Assembly (NCBI GenBank): GCA_030704615.1
Contig: CM060731.1
Location: 71,176,001-71,240,000, forward strand
Direction: 5' to 3'
Source: Takakia lepidozioides
Taxonomy: Eukaryota > Plantae > Bryophyta
DNA length: 64,000 nt
In this document: piece by piece, positions 13,852 through 26,900 of the stretch
Position numbering within the stretch: position 1 is the first letter of the stretch
How the letters are laid out: every line of letters starts with the position of its first letter
The notes under the pieces: model-generated
Seen by the model: only the letters and a program-made list of their open reading frames with translations
What the model was told of the DNA's origin: nothing
The model's database searches: none
Program-made: the position numbers and the translations under genes

Positions 13852-14739
13852 TTAAGACGGGGTACGATTCACATGCAGTGCTGCATGAGACAAGGCTGCC
13901 AGGCCGAAATCACTAGAAGCATTTGTGTCATTTACTAATGGGATAACGACTCATTTTGAGTCGTAAAAGTCAAAAAATTGGGATCGACTAGAAGTTACAA
14001 ACGACTAGTTACAATAGACGTGGAAGTTGGGTCGGACATCCAATGATTGGAGTGGTAAAGGACGCAGACGCGCGAACAACTGCTTAGCGATTATTGCGAT
14101 TAATGCTGAAGAACCACGTGGCGTAACCAGGCGGGCCGCCCGTGTGTCTGACCTTTTGGGCTAACTTTGACTTTTCCCTCCAGGATGAGTGGACTGACTC
14201 ACCGGAGTGCGGTGACACATGGATGCGGACGTGGACGATGACATGGCGGCACCACGGCGAGCAGCACTGATGCCACGTGGCCATGGGCCTGGGACGCCAC
14301 GTGGTAGTTGACCACATAACTTGCAGTGCTACATGCCCAGTGGCAACTGCGACTGCCGAAGTCGGCGCTACCACTGTTTTACTACTTTAAATGAAGTGCT
14401 CAAAATTACTTGAACAATCACTCATAGTGGTTCATGCTTTGAAGTTTTGGTGTTTATAATGAGCCGACTAGTACATATGCATGTAATGCCATACAAGAGA
14501 ACTAATCATGTCATTAGAAATGCGAAAACAATGAAAGACATGCCATGAAACAAAACAAAATGAAAATGAAATGAAATGAAACAAATGGTACTTTCTTACA
14601 TCTGCGGAAAGCTCAAAGAGCTTATGATACAAAATGAAAAAATCAAAGTAAAAAAGCAGCCCAAAGCTACTACTACTCTGGGGATTGCCTAAGGGTCAAG
14701 GCCTCATGCAGGTAAGCTGCCAAGCAATTGTGATCCTCA

Positions 14740-15590
14740 TAATGCAAGGCTCAGTGTCAGATTGAGTCCCATGGAATAGACCATCTACCCATGCAGGTTT
14801 CTTGTAGCTATTGATCCACAGGAAATCATAGGTAATCTTGTGCTTGAAATCTGGCCCTCTTGGATGAATCTGGACCCACACTCTCTTTGCTCCTTCAGCT
14901 ACACATGCCTCTGCACAAATCATGCATTCATCCTTGCCTCGCTACTAGTAGCTGACAATGACAGCCTCGATTTATTCTAGGAAACATCCAACTCAGCTTC
15001 TCACACTAGTTCATATGCTGAATGCGTCTGCTAGTCTATGAAATGTAACAGGTATTCACCTTTTTGCCTTGGTTGTCCCATCATTGACTGGGGCAGAATA
15101 GTATTCATTCCACAACTTCTCCTCATCTCTGTAACTTGTTTTTTGATACTTTCATGTTGTCACATTGGCAGTATCATGTCAAAGTCACTCCAAACTAGAT
15201 TCACTCAACCAGCTAACTTGCAGAATTCAATATGGAAATTTAGGGCCGATTCTGATTAGAGGGAAAAACAAGGTGAAATGTGTTGAATGAGATGTCTTCA
15301 TTAGCAGTGTCTGATTTTATAAATTGTGCCGCTGCTGCCAGTTGACCATCTACCCATGCAGGTTTGTTGTAGCTATAGAGTCAATCTGGAGCTTGAAGCC
15401 CGGCCCTCTTGGGTGAATCTACACCCACACTCTATCCCTGCTCCTTCAACTATCTATGCCTCAAATCATGCATATATCATTGTCTTGCTGCTAGCAGCTG
15501 ATGATGACAGCCTAGATTTGTTCTTACACCCCAACCCTATTTGGAAAAACAGGCTGAAATGTGTTGAGGAAGGTGCCTTCGTTGTTGGTC
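14740..15590 (-). pseudogene. PDF-motif (OSB-type) gene fragments
   Basis: LWNEYYSAPSQ*WDNQGKK, then an intron, then IHPRGPDFKHKITYDFLWINSYKKPAWVD. Homologous to the blocks at 32.2-35.9 kb and 57.7-60.5 kb. Confidence 0.7.
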
Positions 15591-15600
15591 CACTCACAAG

Positions 15601-18332
15601 ATGACTATTGGGATGCAGGGATGTGAATATTCAGATGATGAAGACGAAGGCCCTGCGGCACAGCGGGAGCCCAATGTCACAGAGAATGCAGATGAGAGTG
15701 GTGGATTGGAGATAGAAATGCAGCGTGCATTAATTGCAGGAAGCGTTTCTCTTTGCAGATGCAAACAGAGAGGACCCCATTCATGGTGGAACCAATCACA
15801 CATTTGCCGATCATGACGATGATCTCGACGATTCCGGAGACAATGAATTTGATGAGAATGCTCACATGCACGTTGATCCCGAGTATGATAAACTCTTCCG
15901 ACAGTCGCAATGTCCACTTTTTGAAGGGTGCTCCATCAGCCGGCTGCAAGCAACTTTGACGTTGCTGAACGCATGCACTACCCACAAGTGCACCAATGCA
16001 TTTGTGGATGAGCTTCTGGGATTGTTGCGTAAGAGTTTTTTGCCTAAAGAGAATTCATTGCCGAAAACTCACTATGAAGCAAAAACCATGATTGCCAAGA
16101 TGGGATTGTAGTACACGATGATTCATGCCTGTGAGCGTGGTTGTGTACTCTTCCGTGGGGAGCATGAGAATGTAGACATTTGCCCAGTGTGCCGCAGTTC
16201 CCGTTACATTCCAGGTCGTGGAAGTGTGCCCAAGAAAGTATTGCGACACTTCCCTGTCATTCCAAGGTTGAAACGTATGTACCGATGTAAATCGATCGCT
16301 AACCTCATGACATGGCACGACAGACATAAGAGCCAGGATGGGTTGGTTCGACATCCAGCTGATAGCAAAGCATGGAGACACATTGACACCACATTTGCGG
16401 ATTTTGCTGCAGAGCCACGATCTCTGCGATTTGGATTGGCCTTCGACGGTGTAAATCCCTACGGAGCTCAATCCACAAGTTGGAGCACATGGCCCGTTCT
16501 CTTGGTCAATTACAATCTGCCTCCGTGGTTAATGACCAAAAAGTTCTTTGTCATGTTAGCGCTACTGATTCCTGGTAAGGAGTCTGTTATCTCAGACAAC
16601 GTAGATGTTTACCTGATGCCCCTAGTGGAAGAGCTACTGGAATTATGGAGAGGGATTGCAGCTCATGATGTTTCCCGTCCTCGTGGTCAACGCGAATTCA
16701 CACTGAGGGCAGTGTTGATGTGGTCAATCCATGACTACCCTGCATATGGCTTGCTCTCAGGTCAAGTGACGAAAGGTTATGCTGGTTGTCCAGCTTGTGG
16801 ACCCGGGGTGACTTCACAGCAGTTACACACATGTGGAAAAATTGTTTTCCTAGGCCACCGAAGATTTTTGGCCCGCAATCATCCATATAGAAGGTCAAGA
16901 ATGTTCAATGGCGCTACTGAGCATGGAACTCCTCCAAAAATGCAGACTGGAACACAAATCAAGGACCTTGCAAACAGCTCGCACTGCATGGGTGGAAAAC
17001 GGAGGGACGCCAGATAGCAGGACAGACCCAGCAAAAACTCATGGAGTTAAGCGATTGTCAATTTTATATGTCTTACCTTATTGGGAGGTAATTCCTTCAT
17101 GGCATTTAAATTGGTTGTGTACATTTTTGCGTTTTCTGTTTAAATTGTGATGAGTAAATGCTCAATTGCTTATGTGTTCATTTTGTAGGGTCTCCTCATC
17201 CGCCACACGTTTGACGCAATGCATTGTGAGAAGAACTTGGCTGAAAATATTATTAAAACTATCTTTGGTGAGAAAGACACATTGAAAGTTTGCCGTGATT
17301 TGGAGCTACTTGGGATGTGCCCGGAATTGTAGCTACAACATGATCCTGACAGAGCAGAAACGTTAATTATGCCTCATGCCCCTTATGTCCTCACTGAGGC
17401 TGAGTTACAAGTCTTTCTGGAGATTGTGCAGAACTTGAAAGTGCCAACAGGCTACGCATCAGCTTTCAAAAAGCATGTGGTGAAGAAGAAGTTGTCTGGC
17501 ATGAAATCACATGACTATCATGTGCTCATGCAGCAAATTATACCGCTTGCTATCCGTAGGCTCATGCCAAGTGGTCCTCGAAGGGCCATTTTGCGAGTAT
17601 GTCGTGTATTTAAGAAGTTGTGTGCAAAAGTGGTGAATCCTGTAGAGTATGAGGAATTGAGAACTGAAGCAGTTCTCACTCTATGTCTTATAGGGGAGGA
17701 GTTCCCACCATCATTTTTTGATGTGATGACACATCTGGTTGTTCACCTAGTGGATGAGTTGTACTTATGCGGGCCCGTAGCATCTCGTTGGATGTACCCA
17801 TGGAGCGGGCAATGAAAGATATGAAGGGCTACGTAAGAAAACATGGCAAGGCCCGAGGGGAGCATGGCAAAAGGATACCAATTTGAAGAAGCATTGGGTT
17901 TTTGCACAGAGTATATGGCAGGATTTGATGGAAGTGTACGAAGGGTGTGGGATGCAGATGAGGCAGAATCTGTGGAACGTGAAGTTGTGGAAGGAAGTTC
18001 TAAAGCCCGAAAATTGAATGACCTGTGTGACATTGTACATGAGTACATCATTCAGAACCATCATCATCTATCAGTCATGTTGGGGTAAGAAATCTACTTC
18101 ATTGACATTCAGATTTCCAAGTTTTAGTCATTTAATATTAGTTGGCATATGGCGTCTTTTCAAATCTCCCACGCCACCTCTGTCAATCTCTTGGCTGACC
18201 CTCGGATTGTGACAGGATATATGAAGCAGAGTCCACACGGATAGAAGCCAGACGATGCTTGTTTCGTGAGGAGCAAGGGCTGGAAGGCATGAGCAATCCC
18301 ACGGCAATTCAGTACCCTCCTGATTTGCATCC
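15601..18332 (+). pseudogene. CACTA/En-Spm Tnp2 (TnpD-like) transposase, 5' part (Transposase_21 and DUF4218-like)
   Basis: IHACERGCVLF, CPVC, LRHFPVIPRLKR, LAFDGVNP, STWPV, YNLPPW, HDYPAY, MHCEKN, GMKSHDYHVLMQ and FFDVMTHLVVHL. Contains stops and frameshifts. Confidence 0.92.
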
Positions 18333-18337
18333 TTGTC

Positions 18338-19283
18338 TGTCGCGCGGCTTTTACTCACCCATCCCTTCGCTATCCGAGGCGGAAACTCCAAGATAGAAGA
18401 GTTGGAAATCTCTAAGTACTCAGCCCGCGCAGAACAATCAGTCATGACCTACAGCTAGTGTATCATGGGGGTGTTTCCTATTTGTTTCCCTTTCCGCATT
18501 CATCTTAGCTACCTTACCATTGATAATTAAGTATGAGTTTACTTCATCAATCTATCGTTTTTCTTCACTCATCCATTCAATCCACAGCTTCACTCAGATC
18601 TCTCTACACAGTGTGATTGTATCGTGTAAGTATCAGATTATGATTTATCAGGTATCAGGCCGAAGCCATTATGTCTCTAATCTGCTCTACAATATCACTA
18701 CCGCTTTGCATATAACAAGCATCTACTAATCCTCTTTCCTCCTTCACCGTGCTCTCCATCTTTTGCCTCCGATCTCCGCTCCAGCCTCACTCAGAAGTCC
18801 TCCTCCGAATAATGATCCCCTTCATTCCCCGTTTTCCCTTTATCCTCCTATCCGCGGTTCTAACCGTTTCCCTCTCTAACCGTCGTCTGTGAACTAATAT
18901 GTTCCCTTCACAGGTGTTGTTCCCACAGTCGTTCCCTGTCCTACTCTTCGTTCCCTATTATCGTGACAGCTGTGTCAAGCGGTGACTGGCTGTGTTTGGC
19001 TGTGTCGGGCTGTGACGGGCTGTGACGGGCTGTGTTGGCTGTGTGGGCTGTGACGACTGTGACGGCTGTGTGGGCTGTGTGGGCTGTGTGGGCTGTGACG
19101 ACTGTGACGGGCTGTGTGGGCTGTGACAACTGTGACGGGCTATGTCGGCTGTGACGACTGTGTAACCCCCCTCTACAGTGCGCTGCTGTCACCCTAAGGC
19201 TCCTGTTGGTCTCAGTCTGTGCAAAATTAAGGGTACCCTACAGATCCCGTATAAGTGTCTAAGTCCCCTACAGTCCTCTAACA
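18338..19283 (-). repeat. 3' LTR of copy 2
   Basis: TGTCGCGC...CCTCTAACA on the plus strand, adjacent to the PPT. Confidence 0.95.
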
Positions 19284-19320
19284 TTACCCCTTCCCCCTCA
19301 AAAAGCCGTGTCCTCACGGT

Positions 19321-22300
19321 TTACTGTTTCCGAGTAGCAAACCTTTGTGAGTGCACCTTGTTGACGTTGAGAGTTTCGTGGTGGGCTGTGTGTACGAGCC
19401 CGAGGTCTGTCTCTGGTTGATGGAGATGGTTGATCACTACCTGGATAAGTGAGGCCTTCTGGAGGCTGATATCGAGGTAATCTTTCCGGCATAGGAGATC
19501 CCCTTTGTTTCTTCTCTCCATCTGAATTGCATAGTCTTCTCCCATGTCAAAAGAATTGTGTGAAGAAACAGTTGTATCAGAATCCTCATCGCCTCTCAGG
19601 TGTTTTAATTTTCGAACTTTTTGTGGAATCATCTGGGGCATACAATGCTGTCCTACCATGTCTGGAAGTTTGTATTTTACAACTTGGTGTAAACCGCTGA
19701 ACAGCAAAATTGGTGTAGGCACTGAGCTCCTTGTCTGTCCAGATGAGTGGGGGTACACATTACTGGTGCAGCGTGCAAGTACTTCCATGCACATGTCCCT
19801 TATAGAAAATGTCATCAAGTCCGAATTTCTGTGTTGACATTGGTTGCAGGCTGGCTTGAAACCATGAACGAATTTGAGAATCCTTCTGCATCATAACTTT
19901 TGGGTCATATAGGTACATATGAGGTGGCACCGAAGGTAATACCCAATGATCTCCACTGGAGTAACTTTGAAAGCGTGTTGCATCTTTTGTTGCTCAATGT
20001 GGTAACGTACCAGAAAACAAGCAGCGTAGTATAGCCCGCACCCCATGACAATACTTGCTATCTCCTTGGTCTTGGTATAAATGAGTCCATGTACAACCTG
20101 GAAAGCAACCAATTCCCTCAACATGGTACCTGCCTCGTGCCAGTATTGTGCAAAGTGATGATCTTCAATATGTCGATTGTTGGAAGAACTTTAGTCCTAG
20201 TTGCCACTGGCAGCCAAATACGCATGATTTGGTAGTAATGTGCGAATGACTGCGGAGGACTAAATTCTTTCCAAGCCAAATCCAACATGATGGGAATTTG
20301 GTTGAAGGGCATAATCATAGCCCTGCTGTACTCCCTGCAGCTGGAGTTTTAGGTGGGTTAAAAGCGGCATTGCCCCATACCTCCGGCTGTGGTGGCTGTG
20401 GTGTGGTTGTAGTAACCACAGGTTCAGCTACTGGTACACTGACTGTTGTGGTGGTGGTGGTACTGGCTCCTGTATCATTGGCATCTCCTGCACCTCCTGT
20501 GAAGACTGAAAAGCCAGAGTTCTGGCTTGCAAATAAAGCCATTAGCTGTTCCTGAGGGATATAGACTCTTTGGTCGATGTTTGAAGTGAGGTCTTCCACT
20601 TGAGTCTGGAGTCCGTCTACATCCTCTTGTAACTCTGCTATCCTACTATAGACATTGTCTATAGTAGTTGTGGCAATGTTCTGCACCTGCAGTCTGAGCT
20701 CATTCATCTCGCTTTGGGTGAGCTTCCGTGGGCTTTTGCCCTCTACTGGCCCTTGTGCTAACCAGACCTGCATAAGGCTGTTATCCACCAAGCTGCTTGT
20801 GGTTCCCCTGAGAGTTTGCTCCTCTCTTAGCTTGTACAATTCCAACTGCTGTTGTAAAGCCTCCATGCGCTTCGCCTGTGGCTCAACCAATTGCGCATAG
20901 GCAGCAAGTAGATTATTGGCTTCCTCGAAGCCTTGTTACTGACCGCGATTTCATTTCTTGGGCCACGATGGTTTGTTGCAACTCCACGATGTTTTCTCTT
21001 GATCAGCTTCCCTCTGCCTGTATTGCTTGAAAGTATCTTCATGCGACAGATTGTATTCTTCATATCGACAATGAGCTTCATTTGCTCAACATTCTCTTCT
21101 TCTGCCTTCGTACATTTTTCCGCTTGACTGTTTATTTCTTTTGTTGATTGGTCAAGCATAGTTGTAAATGTAGCACATTGTATCGCCATCCTGTTATGCA
21201 CTGTCTGCAACTCCGTATGTAGTGCATTCAGTTCTTGCAACTTGCTTTCATGCTGCACCTGCATTTGGTATAGCTGTTGCTTATGTGCTTCGTGCAACTG
21301 GTCTTGCGCGAGGTTTGCCTCAATCAATTGTTGCTTGGCCAATGCAAAGCCATTTCTGTATTGCCCAAGTCCTGCTTCATCTTGAGAGTGACCTCTTCAT
21401 CGACCTTGTTTGCACACTCAGTGGCAAGTCGAGCCTCAAACTCCTTCCTGAGTTCCTCTTTCAAGGCTGTCAATTGGGTAATTGGAACATGGGATTTGAC
21501 ATAAGTCCCCAACAAATTAAGTGTCCTGCCTATGGAACTCATCAGCATTGCCTGTTGAGGGTCATCATGGTGAGGTTGCTGCTGTTCCTCCCGATCTTCA
21601 ACAGTATGATGTCTCACTAACCATTCAGGCCATTGTCCCACCGGATTTTCTTCCTGAACTACTTCATCTATGACCGGTGTTACAGTGTCATGACCTTCCG
21701 CCTGTGGTACCTCCAACAGGTGTGTGCATTATATGCACCTCAGGATTTCCCTTGGGCAACTGTTGCACCTCTGGGATTTCTGTCTCCTTGACCAGACCAG
21801 AATATTCATAGAGAAGGTCCCCTTTCTCTATTTCTGCCACTATCTGCTCTGTAGTTGGAATATCTATCCCTTCACTTTCCAAATCAATTATTTCGGGTTG
21901 AGCTGCATGGATAACTTGTGACCTTGTGACAAGTCGTTCAAGTGGCTGTGTTGGCTGTGATGCAGAAGTAACTTCCTCCTCCTCCCTCTCTGAAGGTCCT
22001 GCTTCCAGTAATAACATTCTTTGTGCTGCTGTGCCCCTTCCTGGTCATGAGAGCTTGGGAAACATTATCATGCGGAATCCGTGAAGCCAGTGGATCCGCC
22101 ACTACAGTCTTTCCCCTTCTCTGCCTCTTAGTCTCGGGTTGTGCTGCTAGTCCACCCTCACTGTGTGAAGAGCCTTGCTCTTCCATTGCAGTTGTTTCTG
22201 GCTCAAACACTCCCATTTCCTTCCTTTCTTGTGCATTAAGTATGCCAGAATTAAGGATTATTTGAGCAATGATTGGGCCAGACACTATGATAGGAGACTT

Positions 22301-22830
22301 TGCGGTAGTACCTTGTAATCTTTTCATCTCCTCTACTAGTGCGTTGTACATTATGTCCGCCCATTGTACCTCTTGTCCCTTCAGGCCTTTGAGTATTTCC
22401 TCCGTGAAGGATCTGCTCAAATATTGTTGGTTCTGTTTCAGGGCAAACAGAACGTTCAATACCTGGCCTATCTCTTTTAACCCTGGGTACACAGCTTTGG
22501 TACAAGCATAACCCTGAGTTTTAAAGAAACTCCCTTCTTGGAATAAGTCCCCTATTTGCAGTCTTGCCCTGTGTTCCCCCACATGCACCTGACCTGCTGG
22601 CAATCGAAACAATTGCTGGAGGTATAGGGAGTAATCATTAATTCAACTCCCTTCACCGTTGTTGTTCCTGTCCTTGGCTCAAAGTTCTGCAAAAATTGTA
22701 ACATGTACTGTCTATGGTGTAGTGTCCAATCTAGGCTTTGCAATCCTTCCAATCTCAGCTCCTCCAGTATCTTTATCGCCTGTGGGGTAGCCATCGTTTG
22801 TTTCTGCAGAATTGTGGTGCTCTTCACCCT
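19321..22830 (-). pseudogene. Extra 3' ORF of copy 2 (about 1,150 aa consensus, frameshifted)
   Basis: Uninterrupted colinear counterpart of 9328-11949 plus 12988-13851. Confidence 0.7.
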
Positions 22831-23939
22831 GATTTCCTCCATTCCTCTCACTCTCTTCATCTTAGATTCACAGAACTGCTTTGGCTGTAACAACTGCAGG
22901 AATGCCTGTAGTGCACAAAGCATAAACGTATGGTTGCCGCAGAAAGCTATGGGTAATCTCTTGTAAGCCTGCGGGGCTTGCAAGCATTGCTCAAGAGAAA
23001 AAGCTCTGCTCTGTCGTTTCGTGTCTATGCCACTGCGTAAGTAATATTGCGAGCGTATAGTCTGTTAGTTCCTCCATAGTTTCCAAGTTATAGCATTTAT
23101 GGCCTGTCCTGTCGAGACGCCCGTTACTCAGAACGACGCCGCCTCTTGCGCTCAATTTCCCTCCATTTTCTTGATCATTTCTCTGGTTTTCTATTGGCTG
23201 TATCTGCTGTGACTGGATTTTAACTTTTATCTTCTTTAGTGGACTTTCCCTGTTGGATAGTCCACTAGGATCACACATGCGACATGAATTCGGCTTTTCT
23301 GTACTTGCCGTTCGTTCCGTTTCCCTTTTTCCGTATTCATTAATGGGCCCGCCTTTCATCCCATTTGACGGCCGTTCTTTTCCTCTTTCTTTTTGACACC
23401 TGTCCTTGCACTTCATTCTTGCTGTGTGTCGCACCCTGACCTCCACGTGTCTATTTTTAAAGTAATTTCCGTTTCCTCTTCCGTCATCCATTTTCCTGAA
23501 GTTATTATGTGTCCACTTGCCACTGATTCTATGGATGGTGTAACTTTAGTAGGCTGTGTTGAGCTGTGACAGGCTGTGTCATACTGTGTTACCCTGTGAT
23601 AGGCTGTGATGCACTGTGGTAAGCTGTGATAGGCTGTGACACGCTGTGGTAGGTTGTTATAGGCTGTGTTGCGCTGTGCGGGCTTGATAGGCTGTGTTGC
23701 GCCTTGCTGGGCTGTGTTGGCTGTGTCACGTCTGTGGTTGGCTGTGTCACGTGATGGGCTGTGTTGGCTGTGTTGCGCCTTGCTGGGCTGTGGTTGGCTG
23801 TCACGTCGGGGGCTGTGATAGGCTGTGTCACGTTTTTTTGCCCACCCTGGTCGTATATGCTGGCCTCCACAAGTGTTTTCATACTCCGTTCGTAACACTG
23901 GTGCAGCCCGTGACTGTTCTTGCGGTTCTATATGCACCA

Positions 23940-26900
23940 TATATATCAGAACCTGGTGATCCCCATAAAACATAAACTTTCTTCCCAATAGGTAATGCCT
24001 GAATTTCTTGACTGCATAAATCATTGCCAATGCTTATCTTTCCGTTGTACTATAGTTCCTCTCAGCACTGTTCATCAATCGGCTAGCATAGTACACAGGT
24101 GAATCTATATTCCCTGTAACATTCTGGGCTAACACCGCACCCAACGCTTCTCCTGATGCATCGCAGTGAACATGAAATACTACATGCCAGTGAGGGTTAA
24201 TCAGCACAGGTGTAGTTGTTACTGACAGTGTAAGTTCCTCAAACGCCTGTTGACATTCAGCTGTCCAGGCAAACACTGCATCTTTCTTCAGAAGCTTGCT
24301 CAATGGTGCTGCTATTTGTGCATACCTTTTGACAAATCTTCTGTAATAACTGGTTTGCCCAAGGAATCTCCTTAAACTCTTAACATTCACTGGTGGTGGA
24401 GAGGCTTTAATGGACTCTGTCTTCCTGGGATCCACAAGAGTCCCTTCTTACACAAATGTGTCCCAGAAGCACCCCTGAGTTCACACAGAAAGTACACTTC
24501 TCTGGATTCAAGCCCAGACCTCTCATCCTGCATCTGGCCAGGCATACTCCAATTTATGCAAGTGCTCATTCTTAGAGCTGTACACACTGAAATCATCCAA
24601 AAACACCTGCATGAAATCATCCAGACTCATGAAAAGATTCACTTATCACTCTCTGAAAGGTCGCTGGTGCATTACAAAGTCCAAAGGGCATGACTTTGTA
24701 TGCATAAGCCCCCCAGTCTGTGATGAAAGCTGTTTTCCCTTGGTCTTCTTCTGCCACTTGCACTTGATTATAACCACTGAAGCCATCCATGAATGAGTAC
24801 ATCTCATGGCCTGCCACAGTGTCTAATACTGCTTCTGTGAATGGCAAAGGGAAAGGATCTTTCTTCGTACAAATTCAGCTTCTTATAGTTCACACATACT
24901 CTTAGTTTGCCATTCTTCTTGGAACTATAACAATGGGTGACAACCAAGTTGTATACTCTATTGGGTATATAAACTTAGCCTCAGCCAACTTCTTTATCTC
25001 TTCTCCAACCTTCTGTGCGTAGTTGGGATTCATTCTATACCTCGCCTGCTTGATTGGTACTGACCCTGGTTCCAGTTCAATCTTATGCTGACAGACTTCA
25101 GGTGGTATCCCTTTTAGATCCTCATAGCTCCAAGCAAATACATCTCTGTATTTGATGAACAAGCTTTTAGCTTCTTCGAAGAATTCCGGCTCCAAATCAG
25201 CTCCTACTTTCACCATTCTCGGTTCCTCCTGAGTTCCCACATTTACTTCTCTCACCTGCTCATCAGCTGTGATTGTCCAACCAGTCACCACTTCATCCTT
25301 TAAGCTCACAGTGGCTGGTTCTTCTAGGATTTCTATCTCTCCCTCCTTTTCTTCATAGAAATGTGGTGGGTAAGTGGTTTCCTCTTCAATTGGTGTTGCT
25401 GCACTACACCACAGCAGATACCTCTTAAACAACTTAGGCTTTCCAGCCGCATCTCTGCAACCTGCTCCCATTCTGGTGTGCAGCAAATAGGGTAGCTTCC
25501 TGCTCCTCATCCAGTCCTCCTCTCCAGTCATACTCTCTGACTCCTCGAGGTCTTCTTGTAGCAGGTAATCTACTAGATTTCTTGTGGTAATTTGTATCTC
25601 GTGCATCCCATTATGCACAGTTAGTAACTGAGAATCCAGTCATGGAATACCCTGGCCTGTTTCAGCCACGGACGTCCCAATAATAAGGAGTAAGCCTCCA
25701 TGACTTCATCCATTTTTAATACAGTTACTGTGATCATAAAGATCATTTTCTGTATCTGTATCTTAACTCCTCTTATTAATCCCAATGGCTGTACACTTCT
25801 TTGATCTGCCATTGTTACTGTAAATGGGGCTGGTTTCATGTTACTTAGACCAAGCTTCTTCCTTAATTGGTCTGTCATGATATTTACTCAGAACCACCAT
25901 CTATCAGTACATCAGTTAGTTCTGTGCTTCCAATTCTCAATTGGATTACTGGCATAGAATCATCAAGTCCATGACTGGTTCTCGCCCTTCCGGCTTCACA
26001 TTATAACTGGTCACCTTGCTGTTCAGGTCTGTGTTTCCTGTCTCTTGGGCAATTCGATTGATTGCTGATACAGCCTGTGCCTACAATAAGGTGCCACAGC
26101 TAATAGCTGTCCAATGTAATTTCTGCTTTGGTCTGACATATTACTGCAGCCAAAGTCTCTTCATTACTTTGCATGTTTGCATCTTCTTTTTCCTTTCTTC
26201 CTCACTCCCTTCTTTTTCTCCATCCGAATCAGAGGAATCTGCCACAGGAATATCAGTACTCTTTTGCATTTCCCTTATAGTATCTGCCACTTCCTTGTGC
26301 AGTTCCTTCTCATCTTTCCAAGTCTCTTCATCTTCAGGCATATCATTGCCACTTCCATTCTCATCTTCTTCCTCTTCTACTGGAGGTATTAGTTTGGCTT
26401 TACTTCTTGTTACTATCATTGTACTTACTTCTGGTACAACACATGGCCTAACCATGTGAGCTGCCACCACTGGGCCCTCATTCACAGGAGCTCTCATCTC
26501 ATTCTGGGTGTCTTATCCAGAATGAACAGGCTGCCTTGCGATGTCCTGGCTGATTACAATAGTAACATAGCTCTTCACCATTGGGTCCTCGCCCTTGGTC
26601 TGTTCTTGGATTATTTCTATAATCCTGATTCCCGGGCTGGTAATTCCCCTTGGATTACCCTGATAGTTGCCTCTGGAATTTCCTTGGTAATTCCCTCTTG
26701 AATTACCTCTCCCTTCCATGCCATTGTTATAACCACCAGACCTACCATAGTGGTCCTGATCATTATTTCTTCTTGGCTGGGGCTGCACCTGATGCACCCT
26801 TACTTGCCTAGGTTCTCTTGCAGCTGTCCTTCTGTTGTAGTAACAATTCTCAGTAGAATGGTTTCCATTTTACAGATAGTACAGTGTTTCTCCTTCATGT

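Noticed and set aside
13852-14400. CCACGTGG-rich stretch resembling a TE end
   Set aside because: I could not find a terminal motif, partner end or TSD to support a call.
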